Below are positions 53,172 through 62,247 of a stretch of 64,000 nucleotides of DNA, piece by piece. Location: contig DATLSZ010000002.1 in the NCBI GenBank assembly GCA_035533875.1, positions 9,622 to 73,621 on the forward strand, in the 5' to 3' direction. The stretch comes from Candidatus Acidiferrales bacterium (lineage in GTDB: Bacteria > Patescibacteriota > Microgenomatia > Levybacterales > UBA12049). Made by a program: the position numbers and the translations under genes. Below the pieces are notes generated by a model, which saw nothing but the letters and a program-made list of their open reading frames with translations, was not told the origin of the DNA and did not search any database. Position 1 is the first letter of the stretch. Each line of letters begins with the position of its first letter.

Positions 53172-54686
53172 TTAACGGATGTAGGTAAGTGGATTAGTCA
53201 ACATTGGATTTGCGATACAGGTACCAGCACCATAATTAACTTTAAGCGTTGTGGTATTGGTAAACTGTATGTTTACATGTCCTTCCTCACCGTTGCCACC
53301 TGAAATAATTTGTCCATCAAAACAATAGACATGTCCGTCAGGTTTGATTTGACTTGGTTCACGATTAATATACCCGCTCGTCTGGGGTGTAAATACTATT
53401 TGCGCTCCTAAATCGCCGTTATTTGGGAAAAGATCGATTCCTGCGCTAATCACTCCCATGGTTGGATCTAAATTTGAATGAACGATAGCAAGCGAGCCTT
53501 GAATATTAAGTCCCTGATATGATTGACTAGATCCTTGGTGATACCAGTTGCCCTGGACTGTCCCTGCTAGGTCCTGCATAGTGGTTCCACACCGCGGAAT
53601 ACCATTTGCTCCGGCATTTTTAATGGTTAACTTGCTATAAAGAGCATTTTTAAGTGAAGGAGTAAAGTAATCAAGCGGACATACGGCATGGAAGTAACTG
53701 TTTCCTGTTACGCCTGTTTGGACTGACGGTGAGGTGTCAATAAAAGCAAGCGGTTTGGTGCGGATATCTGCTCCTCCAAAATCGAACGCAAGAGAGAAAG
53801 TATTAGATCCTCCCGCAGTACCGATTTTTTCTCCACTTGCAAGTTTTACCGATAAATTGGCATATGTACAAGACTGATGAACGCCGCCTTGCTGGCAAGT
53901 AGGTGTTTGCCCATTAAGCGCATTCATAATGTGAGAGTTAAGGTTTCGGATATGATCATAGGTAAAAATGACACTTTTGCAAGGAGAAAATTCCAAAAGA
54001 TAATCGGTTACATTGCTTTGGTTACTATAATCTGATTTTTTCACTGCCTGTAACAGCGTCACGTTACCGGGGGCATATACTGTCGTGAGTTGACTTGAAC
54101 TATTCGTTGCAGGAACCATATTGATATATACATGGTCGGCTTGATCCGGCAAGACATGTTCTCCATTCATGTGACCAAGTGGCTCTACCCCTGTATACGC
54201 ATTAGTATCAGTTGGCAGATGATCAAAGAAAGCATTACCTTGGCAAGCAGGTAACGATGCTGTATTGGTGTTGCCATTGTTTCCTGCCATTGCAAAATCT
54301 TGATTGTTTGGTTGGTTTGATTGGCTGTAAGATTCGCTTTGTCCATGTGATGCTCCAAACTGTTGAAAAATCTGCTGACACTTACTGGCGTTTTCCGGTT
54401 TGGAACAAACTTGCATACAAGATGATTGAGAATTGCAACCTAATTCTTGCATAATCTGTCCGTAATTTGCTTGTGACTGAGAAGAATTGTTTGAACCTGG
54501 AATAAGAGTATGAAGTTCTCCTTGGGATTTGAGGTAAATTGCTACCATAATAACTCCTACAAGAAGCACAAAAACAATAATAGCTGAGATGATTATATAT
54601 TTTCGTTTCGCTTTACCGGGAGGAGTAGTACTCGTAGGTTGCGGAGATTGTAGTGCGTTTGGTATTACTTGCTGTTCCTCTTCCAT
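53172..54686 (-). CDS. hypothetical membrane-anchored exported protein (504 aa), possibly with a degenerate M23/LytM-like barrel
   Basis: N-terminal TM (IIISAIIVFVLLVGVIMVAIYL), then a Cys-rich segment. VYAPGNVTLLQAV...VIFTYDHIRNL...VKLASGEKIGTAGG resembles the M23 fold pattern only loosely. Confidence 0.6.
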   Translation of the reverse strand: MEEEQQVIPNALQSPQPTSTTPPGKAKRKYIIISAIIVFVLLVGVIMVAIYLKSQGELHTLIPGSNNSSQSQANYGQIMQELGCNSQSSCMQVCSKPENASKCQQIFQQFGASHGQSESYSQSNQPNNQDFAMAGNNGNTNTASLPACQGNAFFDHLPTDTNAYTGVEPLGHMNGEHVLPDQADHVYINMVPATNSSSQLTTVYAPGNVTLLQAVKKSDYSNQSNVTDYLLEFSPCKSVIFTYDHIRNLNSHIMNALNGQTPTCQQGGVHQSCTYANLSVKLASGEKIGTAGGSNTFSLAFDFGGADIRTKPLAFIDTSPSVQTGVTGNSYFHAVCPLDYFTPSLKNALYSKLTIKNAGANGIPRCGTTMQDLAGTVQGNWYHQGSSQSYQGLNIQGSLAIVHSNLDPTMGVISAGIDLFPNNGDLGAQIVFTPQTSGYINREPSQIKPDGHVYCFDGQIISGGNGEEGHVNIQFTNTTTLKVNYGAGTCIANPMLTNPLTYIR

Positions 54687-54894
54687 ATCTCAACGATAAC
54701 AAAACAATTTTTTATCTGTCAATAAGAAAGATTATTGAAGAGAGGACATAGCATAAGCTTTGGTATCCAAGATGTAACTTTTTAATCTCCGACCATCTTT
54801 GCTTAAGCATTCCAATATATCATAAGTCCTGAAAAGGTTGGATAATTGAAGTGAAATCCGAGGTTATAATAATACTAGGCTTTGGGGAACCTAT

Positions 54895-54977
54895 TATTTT
54901 AGCCGCAAACGATATTTTTTCGTAGCCTCAATTTCAAACTGACTTCATTAGGATTCGAACTTTGGTATAATCAATTT
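54895..54977 (+). repeat. leader/promoter module L, copy 2, upstream of HAD gene 2
   Basis: See 51699..51782. TATAAT at 54966-54971, 6 nt before the ATG at 54978. Confidence 0.75.
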
Positions 54978-55634
54978 ATGGTTAAAGCAGCTATCTTTGA
55001 TATGGATGGTCTCATTATTGACAGTGAGCCGCTTTGGGAAGAGTCTTATGTAGAGCCTCTTGTGAGATTAGGAGTGCCTCGAGCAGAAATAACTAAACCA
55101 GAAAATAAAGGAAGAGGTGCAAGAGAGTTTTTCAAGCATTGGTTTGTTAATTATCCCTGGGGTGATAGTCCAACTGTGGAAGAGCTAATCAACAAAACAA
55201 CTGTGGAAGTAGAGAAACTCATCCGTAAGAAGGGAAAGATTCTTCCTGGTGTCCTTGATGCTTTCAAGCTACTTCAGTCGCGGAGCGTACCAATGGCAGT
55301 TTCTTCATCAAGTCCTCTCAATTTGATAGAAGCAACTGTTGATACACTTCATATTCGTGAATACTTTAGTTTATTTCATACTGGTGCTGATGAAGAATTT
55401 GCCAAACCTCACCCTGCAGTATTTATTCATACAGCAAAGGAGATGGAAGTGGAATATTCTCAGTGTTTAGTTTTTGAAGATTCACTTAGTGGAGTCATAG
55501 CAGCAAAAGCTGCCCAGATGAAATGTGTAGCAGTGCCAGCAAAGGTTCATCGTTCAGACCCTCGTTATTGCATTGCTGATAAGACTCTTGATTCCCTTAC
55601 AGAGTTTAATATATCTATTTTACAGAGTATCTAA
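54978..55634 (+). CDS. HAD-superfamily hydrolase (beta-phosphoglucomutase/sugar-phosphatase-like subfamily IA)
   Basis: Motif I AAIFDMDGLIIDSEPLW, motif II AVSSSS, KPHPAVF, motif IV VFEDSLSGVIAAKAAQM. Confidence 0.85.
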   Translation: MVKAAIFDMDGLIIDSEPLWEESYVEPLVRLGVPRAEITKPENKGRGAREFFKHWFVNYPWGDSPTVEELINKTTVEVEKLIRKKGKILPGVLDAFKLLQSRSVPMAVSSSSPLNLIEATVDTLHIREYFSLFHTGADEEFAKPHPAVFIHTAKEMEVEYSQCLVFEDSLSGVIAAKAAQMKCVAVPAKVHRSDPRYCIADKTLDSLTEFNISILQSI

Positions 55635-55647
55635 TAGCTACTCAGAT

Positions 55648-55679
55648 AGAAAGTTCCCACATAGTTAACCAGAGGAAGT
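55648..55679 (+). repeat. motif M, copy C, 14 nt after the HAD-2 stop, followed by a partial L start (GATTTTAACCTCAATTT)
   Basis: GAAAGTTCCCACATAGTTAACCAGAGGAAGT. Confidence 0.8.
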
Positions 55680-55785
55680 ACCTGATTTTAACCTCAATTT
55701 TTCATTACCTCCTAAGGGGACGATCGAAGCTTCTTAGTGATTAGTATCATATCAATTGTCTTAACAACGGATTTATAATCAAGCT

Positions 55786-55944
55786 ATGAAGATTAATGCG
55801 GCGTGGCATACCAAAAATAAAATGCCCAAAAATCCTACGCTTGATGAAAGAATAACGTGGCATGTGGCACATGCAAAAAACTGCATATGTCGTCCTCTCG
55901 GTGGGAAAATTTTGGTAGAAATAAAAAAAAGAAAATTACTATGA
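55786..55944 (+). CDS. small conserved-looking hypothetical protein (52 aa)
   Basis: Not in the track. MKINAAWHTKNKMPKNPTLDERITWHVAHAKNCICRPLGGKILVEIKKRKLL. TATAAT (55774-55779) lies 6 nt before the ATG. The antisense track ORF 55835..56050 is therefore rejected. Confidence 0.55.
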   Translation: MKINAAWHTKNKMPKNPTLDERITWHVAHAKNCICRPLGGKILVEIKKRKLL

Positions 55945-55951
55945 CGCAACT

Positions 55952-56314
55952 ATGATAAAACAATTTCTTAAAGATGCTTTTATGTGGGGGTTTATTCTCT
56001 GGTTCATCGGCTATGTACTCGGTATTGTATTCTTTCCAATTTTGCCACAATCACTACTTGGATGGGTAATTATGCCAGTGGGGATACTAATCACCTTTTG
56101 GGTATTATTTAAACGAGTGAAAGCAGATTCGTTGCAGTATTATATTTTGATAGCCATTGTGTGGGTTTTACTTGCCGTAGTCTGTGACTACCTTTTCCTT
56201 GTTATCGTATTCAAACCGGCGGATGGCTACTACAAATTAGATGTGTATTTGTATTACATGCTGACGCTTGCCCTTCCTGTTCTGGTCGGTTGGAAGAGGA
56301 TGACTACGAGGTAA
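55952..56314 (+). CDS. hypothetical 4-TM membrane protein
   Basis: 120-aa ORF with four hydrophobic helices. No known motif. Confidence 0.55.
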   Translation: MIKQFLKDAFMWGFILWFIGYVLGIVFFPILPQSLLGWVIMPVGILITFWVLFKRVKADSLQYYILIAIVWVLLAVVCDYLFLVIVFKPADGYYKLDVYLYYMLTLALPVLVGWKRMTTR

Positions 56315-56367
56315 AATAATACGTTCTGAACGACTCCAAGATTCCTTGGTATTTGAACGTGGGTATC

Positions 56368-56955
56368 TTATTTTTCTATGAGCATTTTGAAGATCCAGAA
56401 GCCGAGGACGCCGCCGATTATTTGTCCGCTGATATAGATTGGGTTAAAGAGTCCGAGACCAAATGAGACAGCAGGGTTAATGACACCGGCACTGCCCATG
56501 ACACCGCCCGCTGCGATACCGATAAAAAGTGAAGCACCGACAACAAGTCCTGCGAGCTGCTTGTCTGTTTTACCAAAGACAACACTTGCTACTCCGAATG
56601 TCAGAAGCATTGTACCGATGAGCTCTCCCAATCCCATAATTGGCGTTGTGGACAGTTGAGGAATCTTCGCTTCGACAAGAAACGATGAGATAAACAGAGC
56701 TAAAAGCGCACCAACAAACTGGCTAATGACATAAGCAACGGCGTCTTTGTCTGATATTTTTTTTACCGACCATGCACCAATGGTAACCGCGGGATTAACG
56801 TGTACTCCTGAAATAAACCCTACAGTATAAACGAACGTTCCAACTACAGCCGCTGCAAGAATAGGAGTAGGGACGGGAAATTTGCCTGCTACTGAGAGCA
56901 TGACAATGAGAGTTAAGGTAAAAGTTCCGAAGAATTCTACAAAGTATTTTTTCAT
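56368..56955 (-). CDS. MIP-family channel (aquaporin/glycerol facilitator-like, short)
   Basis: Two NPA boxes (GVHVNPAVTIG and GVINPAVSFG) and six TM helices. Confidence 0.85.
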   Translation of the reverse strand: MKKYFVEFFGTFTLTLIVMLSVAGKFPVPTPILAAAVVGTFVYTVGFISGVHVNPAVTIGAWSVKKISDKDAVAYVISQFVGALLALFISSFLVEAKIPQLSTTPIMGLGELIGTMLLTFGVASVVFGKTDKQLAGLVVGASLFIGIAAGGVMGSAGVINPAVSFGLGLFNPIYISGQIIGGVLGFWIFKMLIEK

Positions 56956-57094
56956 TGAATATTTATACAGATAATAGCAGAGATTTATTTAATGTCAATG
57001 CAGTGATTCCTAAGAAACGCAGATAAAATATTATATTATTTGGGCAAGAATACTTACTATTTGATTTATTTTTCATGTAGTTTATACTTACATT

Positions 57095-57571
57095 GTGATT
57101 ACTTGTACGTTTGAAGATGGGGGAACAAGCTCCCTGAGACATGCGGTCATTGACGGCATTGTGCTTAAAGATGCTAAGATTCTTCTTGTTAAACGGGCGG
57201 AAACACTTTTGGAAGGCGGTAAATGGGCACTTGTTGGTGGATTTGTCGGTCGCGATGAACAACTGGCAGAGGCATTACAAAGAGAAATCTTTGAAGAGAC
57301 AGGATACCGAGTTTCAAATATTACCTTATTGGCAATTAATGACAATCCTGACCGTCCGCATGAAGACAGACAGAATATTTCTTTTGTCTTTTTTTGTGAC
57401 GCGGGCAAGCAAGAAGGAGAGTCGGATTGGGAAGTGACAGATAAACAATGGTTTTCATTTGATGAATTGCCAAAAGAAGAAGAAGTCGCTTTTGATCACT
57501 ACCAGGCGATTCAGCTCTATATCAGATACAAAAAAGAAGCGGTTTCGCTGCCGGTACTTGGCGGCCTTTAG
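57095..57571 (+). CDS. NUDIX hydrolase
   Basis: Nudix box GGFVGRDEQLAEALQREIFEETGY. GTG start 6 nt after TATACT (57083-57088). Confidence 0.85.
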   Translation: MITCTFEDGGTSSLRHAVIDGIVLKDAKILLVKRAETLLEGGKWALVGGFVGRDEQLAEALQREIFEETGYRVSNITLLAINDNPDRPHEDRQNISFVFFCDAGKQEGESDWEVTDKQWFSFDELPKEEEVAFDHYQAIQLYIRYKKEAVSLPVLGGL

Positions 57572-57750
57572 ATACCGCCGTTGATCCGTTTGCCAAGCTT
57601 ATAACCGGCCCATATACCCGCAAATGCACCAATCGTACTCCAAAAAAGTGATGCAAATGATAATAAGGAAGCACCGAATAACGCGGGGATATAGCCTCCC
57701 ACGATTGAGCCGATAGATAAGAACAACCAGATAAAAGCCTTCGTAGACAT
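57568..57750 (-). CDS. small two-TM membrane protein (GlsB/YeaQ/YmgE-like?)
   Basis: 60 aa, Gly-rich hydrophobic sequence. Weak resemblance only. Confidence 0.4.
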   Translation of the reverse strand: MSTKAFIWLFLSIGSIVGGYIPALFGASLLSFASLFWSTIGAFAGIWAGYKLGKRINGGI

Positions 57751-57878
57751 AGTGATATTTTACCAAATCCGGACTGTATACGGCTATTGTTTCGATGATA
57801 TAATTTTAGGATGAATCTGCTTACTATCTTAGTATTGCACAATAATTTTTATTAACAGAATATTTAAAAAATTGTACG

Positions 57879-58739
57879 ATGTGGCAACTATTACTCATTG
57901 TTTATTTTATTCTCAGTACCATAAACTATCTTCTCAGACGTGTATTGGCGAAAAAACTCGGTGATCACAACCGTCTTATCAACGCAATCTTCTTTATGGT
58001 ATTTTTGCTGCCTGAGGCAGTGATTTTGGGCTTTTACTTTCCGCACAATCTGAATGTCGGCGTTTTAAATGTAATGCTATTATTGGGAGGCAGTATTATT
58101 TGGCCTCTTTTGGGACTTGCATCGTTTCAGGCAAATAAACACGTTGATGTCGGTATCTTTGCTGTTATTAATAATGTGAGTCCGATATTTACGTTGGCGA
58201 TTGCTTTGCCGTTCCTTCATGAAAAAGTTAGTACATTACAAGTTCTTGGGATAGGGTTGCTTATTCTGTCCGGTGTTCTGGCGGCCTCATCACAGATGCA
58301 TAAACGGAATCGCACGAGTACGGAAGGTATTTTGTTATGTTTGTTAAGTGCGTTTATTCTGGGTGTCGCAACAGCATTTGAACGGTTTATGTTGGGAAGA
58401 GTTGACTTTGGTACCTATCTGATTTATGGTTGGGGTTCGCAAATTGTCTGGGCGGCGATACTCGCGGGGAAAGAATTGAAGAAAATGCCGCTTCTTTTTG
58501 CCAAGAGTGCGGAAATAAGGAAGATATTGATTACGTGGGGAAGTACCCGTGCTTTGGCATCGGTATGTTTTATTTCGGCGCTTAAATTAACCGGTGCGGC
58601 AATAATCAGTGCGGCAACAGACTTTTTATCGGTTGCGGTTGTTATAGCAGCGTATTTTTACTTGAAAGAACGGGATCATATGATCTACAAATTATTCGCG
58701 ACTGCAGCGGGATTTGCTGGCTTGCTGCTCATCGCATAG
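57879..58739 (+). CDS. DMT-superfamily (EamA-like) transporter
   Basis: 286 aa, ~10 TM helices in two halves, typical EamA size and profile. Confidence 0.65.
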   Translation: MWQLLLIVYFILSTINYLLRRVLAKKLGDHNRLINAIFFMVFLLPEAVILGFYFPHNLNVGVLNVMLLLGGSIIWPLLGLASFQANKHVDVGIFAVINNVSPIFTLAIALPFLHEKVSTLQVLGIGLLILSGVLAASSQMHKRNRTSTEGILLCLLSAFILGVATAFERFMLGRVDFGTYLIYGWGSQIVWAAILAGKELKKMPLLFAKSAEIRKILITWGSTRALASVCFISALKLTGAAIISAATDFLSVAVVIAAYFYLKERDHMIYKLFATAAGFAGLLLIA

Positions 58740-58779
58740 AACAAATTGAATGAACAATTAATAAGCTATTAGTATGAGT

Positions 58780-60198
58780 TTAGGAGGATTTTTGGGGCGA
58801 CTTTTCCTTCCAGATAAGCTTATATACTCCGAGTTTGTCGGGGAATTTATTAAGGAAAGGAATATATGGGAAAGCGGTAAAGAGCAGCATAAAGATACCG
58901 ACAATCTCTGCACCATCCCTATCCTGATTATCATCATTCTGAAGGAGAGTATTATCTAACAGTCCCAAAGGCGCAAGCCACCACGCGCCGGGAGTCGGAA
59001 ATCCTTTTTCTTCCCGGAGCATACCGTATTGGGGAGTAGTTATCTTTAGCGAAGTAGCTTTGTCTTCAGGTACGCCGGTGTCTGCAATGAAGCGAGTCAA
59101 ATAAGTCGGATTATAGTTGGTGTCCGATTCATGAAGTACTACTGCTTCATATAATCCTTGTTGTCCCATGAGCACTAATGAACTGATAAGTGGTATCACA
59201 GGATTTTTTGTGTTTGGTTCGGTTGTAAGCTGTCCATTTTTGGTGAAATAATCGCTCGCAGCTTTGAGATTGTCGGTTTGGGTTTGCTGGTCTTCGGCAT
59301 TGAAGTAATCAAGCATGGATTGTTTATTTTGCTGCAGACTAATATATTGCATATACGGTACGTCAACATAGACTTTTTTCGTGTCGTATTGGTAAGGCGC
59401 AATATTGTCTACATACGTCGCGGTATCAGAACTGTGATCAATTTCAGTAATGAGCGTTGTCGCCATGAGAGCCGGGTCATCGATGGCTACTTGTTTGACC
59501 GTAACCGGCTCGATGATCGGCGAAGGGAAGATGGCTGCCAGTGCGATAATAACACAAATAAGGACAAATCCCCGGAAGAAAAGAATTGTATGATTTGCTT
59601 TCACCATGTGATACGGCACATCTTTTCGATACGGTTTTGCGATGCCACGAAGCCGTACTAACGCATAGTGTAAAAAGAGGAGAAAGATAATGATAAAGGG
59701 AATAACAACAACATGAATGCCATAGATCTGTGCATAGTTGAGATTGTTAATAAACGTTCCCATTCCGGTTCCATTCCAAAAATCAGCACCTTGCAGACTG
59801 CGCCATTGCGAGGAGAAGTCATTGCGAAGGACATAGCCAAATTCCGCCTCTGCTAACGAGAAAAAGAACATGAGAGACCCGAGTACCCATACAAACTGCC
59901 GCGGTGCGCGGTAGCCGCCGGTAAGAAACACAATCAGCAAGTGAAGAATGACAAAGATGACAAATGCCTGCACTGCCCATAGGTGGATGCTTCTCGTCAG
60001 TACTCCGACAGGTGATATGAGCCACCAGTCGGGGCCGAAAAAGGTGAGAACAATACCTGTAATGACAAGAAGCGTGAAAGCGATCATGGAGAGGAATCCC
60101 AAAGAGTAGTAGATCTTATTGGCGTACGAAGGAATATCTACAAGCCAAACGTTTTTTAGCACCTGTATCAAGCCCGGTTCTTCTTTGTTATTTTCCAT
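58780..60198 (-). CDS. cytochrome b/b6-like di-heme membrane protein with a ~190-aa extracytoplasmic insertion and a PetD-like C-terminus
   Basis: Aligns by eye with PetB. Helix B SIHLWAVQAFVIFVILH (His-14-His). FLTGGYRAPRQFVWVLG. Helix D IHVVVIPFIIIFLLFLH (His-15-His, b6/Firmicute spacing). C-terminal PGAWWLAPLGLL resembles PEWYFLP of subunit IV. The first ATG is at 60198; the track ORF uses GTG at 60216. Confidence 0.75.
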   Translation of the reverse strand: MENNKEEPGLIQVLKNVWLVDIPSYANKIYYSLGFLSMIAFTLLVITGIVLTFFGPDWWLISPVGVLTRSIHLWAVQAFVIFVILHLLIVFLTGGYRAPRQFVWVLGSLMFFFSLAEAEFGYVLRNDFSSQWRSLQGADFWNGTGMGTFINNLNYAQIYGIHVVVIPFIIIFLLFLHYALVRLRGIAKPYRKDVPYHMVKANHTILFFRGFVLICVIIALAAIFPSPIIEPVTVKQVAIDDPALMATTLITEIDHSSDTATYVDNIAPYQYDTKKVYVDVPYMQYISLQQNKQSMLDYFNAEDQQTQTDNLKAASDYFTKNGQLTTEPNTKNPVIPLISSLVLMGQQGLYEAVVLHESDTNYNPTYLTRFIADTGVPEDKATSLKITTPQYGMLREEKGFPTPGAWWLAPLGLLDNTLLQNDDNQDRDGAEIVGIFMLLFTAFPYIPFLNKFPDKLGVYKLIWKEKSPQKSS

Positions 60199-60301
60199 GG
60201 CAAATTCAGTATACACAATATAATGGAAAAGATATATGTGATTTAAATCACACGTGTTTTCTTGCGTAATCTTGCTTGAAGTGAGGGAGTATAATTACGT
60301 T

Positions 60302-61024
60302 ATGCAAGTGAAAGACAAAGTTGTCATCGTGACAGGCGCTTCATCGGGGATTGGAGAAGCGACGGCAAAACTCTTTGCGCAAAAGGGAGCCAAGGTCGTC
60401 CTCGCTGCCCGCTCTAAAAATAAATTAGAAAAGCTCGCAAAAGATCTCCCCAATTCTCTTGTCGTTCCTACCGATATGACAAACGTAAAAGATATTGAAG
60501 CGTTGGTTCAGAAGACTGTAAAGGAGTTTGGCCGTGTTGATATTTTGATTAACAATGCCGGTCGGGGATATGATGCACCAGTTGAGGAGATATCTGCTGA
60601 TACGTTCCATCAAGTCTTTGACCTTGATCTGCTGGGGCCGGTACTTGCAATGCAGCAGGTTATTCCGCTCATGAGAAAGCAGGGTAATGGAGTGATTGTG
60701 AATATTAGCTCAGGTACGGCGCTTATGGTACTGCCGAACATGAGTGGTTATGCATCGCTTAAGCAAGCGCTTGCGAAGATCAGTTTGACTGCACGTGAGG
60801 AATTGAAAAAAGATAAGATCAAGGTTATCGTGGTGTATCCCTATATCACCGATACGGATTTTGAAAAGAATACGATTAGAGAAGGGAAAGAGCCGGAATG
60901 GGACGGATCAAGTGATCGGGAACTTCCTCCGGCGGACAGTCCGGAGTTTGTTGCCGAAAAGATTCTCGAAGGTATTCAAAAAGACACAGCTGAAATCTAC
61001 GCACATGATTGGATGAAACGTTAG
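60302..61024 (+). CDS. short-chain dehydrogenase/reductase (SDR)
   Basis: VTGASSGIGEA cofactor motif, NNAG, and catalytic YASLK. TATAAT (60290-60295) lies 6 nt before the ATG at 60302. Confidence 0.88.
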   Translation: MQVKDKVVIVTGASSGIGEATAKLFAQKGAKVVLAARSKNKLEKLAKDLPNSLVVPTDMTNVKDIEALVQKTVKEFGRVDILINNAGRGYDAPVEEISADTFHQVFDLDLLGPVLAMQQVIPLMRKQGNGVIVNISSGTALMVLPNMSGYASLKQALAKISLTAREELKKDKIKVIVVYPYITDTDFEKNTIREGKEPEWDGSSDRELPPADSPEFVAEKILEGIQKDTAEIYAHDWMKR

Positions 61025-61341
61025 TTACTGAATTTTTTGAGCATTGCTTTCAGTGCATCCTTTGATTGTAGCCCGACCATTGTGTGCGCAACCTTTCCGT
61101 CTTTAAAAATCGCGAGCGTCGGGATACTCATAATTCCAAACCGCTGTGCAATCTGCGGATTTTCATCTACTTCGAGTTTGCCGACTTTTACTTTTCCTAC
61201 AAATTCTTTCGCGACTTCATCGATAATGGGTCCTTGCATGATGCAGGGTCCACACCATCCAGCCCAGAAATCAACGAGTACCGGTTGTGTGGCTTTTTCG
61301 ACTTCTTCCGCGAAATTTGTATCGGTTAATTTGACATGCAT
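61021..61341 (-). CDS. trxA: thioredoxin
   Basis: WAGWCGPC active site, 106 aa, strong SD GGAGGTG. Confidence 0.92.
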   Translation of the reverse strand: MHVKLTDTNFAEEVEKATQPVLVDFWAGWCGPCIMQGPIIDEVAKEFVGKVKVGKLEVDENPQIAQRFGIMSIPTLAIFKDGKVAHTMVGLQSKDALKAMLKKFSN

Positions 61342-61501
61342 ATGTATTTCACCTCCTTCTTATTATGCGTTTGGTACCTCATTTTTTTGTGACCCACCTT
61401 GGTATTGATTTTTACATTTGGGGTATTGCATTAGCACCACAAATGGTTATCATCGCATCAAGGTGGCATTCGTCACTGCAAAAATGAATACTCCAAACGC
61501 T

Positions 61502-61906
61502 TTATATATGTTCAACTACTCTTTGTAATTTATTCTCGATTTCTTTTGCTACCTCATGCAATGCAGGTTCGTTCGCAATAGAAAGCGCAACAGTCGGACG
61601 GATAGCAGAAACAATGACCTGTTTAGTTTCTTCATAGACAACGACATTGCAGGGGAGGAGAAGCCCCATGTCTTTATCCATCTGTAAGGCTTTAAATGCA
61701 GATTGTGGATGGCAAGCACCGAGAATAACGTATTTATCATATGCCACATAGAGTTTTTTCTCGAGTGTTTGTTGGACGTCAATCGTTGTAAGAACGCCGA
61801 AGCCTTCTTGTTTCAATAGTTCCTGCACCTGTTTGACTGCCTCTTCAAAAGAAGCAGAAACAGTTTTCCGTATACTATATTGTGAGGTTTTGATATCGTT
61901 TATCAT
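61502..61906 (-). CDS. DUF302 domain protein
   Basis: FGVLTTIDVQQTL...VILGACHPQSAFKAL...LLLPCNVVVYE matches the DUF302 pattern. Confidence 0.75.
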   Translation of the reverse strand: MINDIKTSQYSIRKTVSASFEEAVKQVQELLKQEGFGVLTTIDVQQTLEKKLYVAYDKYVILGACHPQSAFKALQMDKDMGLLLPCNVVVYEETKQVIVSAIRPTVALSIANEPALHEVAKEIENKLQRVVEHI

Positions 61907-62247
61907 AGTAAAGGATACCCCTTAGCTCGCCATGCGAGTAGTCCGCTTTTCATATTAATGACATTTGTATAGCCATATTCAATCATTGCCTGGACGGCCT
62001 GTGAACTTCGCGAACCGCTCAAACAATAGACATAGATCGTTTTGTCTTTATCAGGGATGAGATTTTCGATCTTATCTTTGTTTGAAAAATTTTCAACAGA
62101 GAGATTAATACCTGTTTTAATATGTGTTTTTTCGTATTCCATTGGAGTTCTGACATCAAGCAGAATACAATCTTTTTTTTCATCAAGTGCTTTTTTAACT
62201 TCAGATGCATCTACTTCGGGAATACTTTTTAAGAAAAAATTAAACAT
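61903..62247 (-). CDS. rhodanese-like sulfurtransferase
   Basis: Active-site loop VYCLSGSRSSQA, 114 aa. It overlaps both neighbours (operon). Confidence 0.85.
   Translation of the reverse strand: MFNFFLKSIPEVDASEVKKALDEKKDCILLDVRTPMEYEKTHIKTGINLSVENFSNKDKIENLIPDKDKTIYVYCLSGSRSSQAVQAMIEYGYTNVINMKSGLLAWRAKGYPLL

Noticed and set aside
55835-56050. 71-aa minus-strand ORF
   Set aside because: It overlaps two better-supported plus-strand genes: the 52-aa ORF with a TATAAT 6 nt upstream, and the 4-TM protein.
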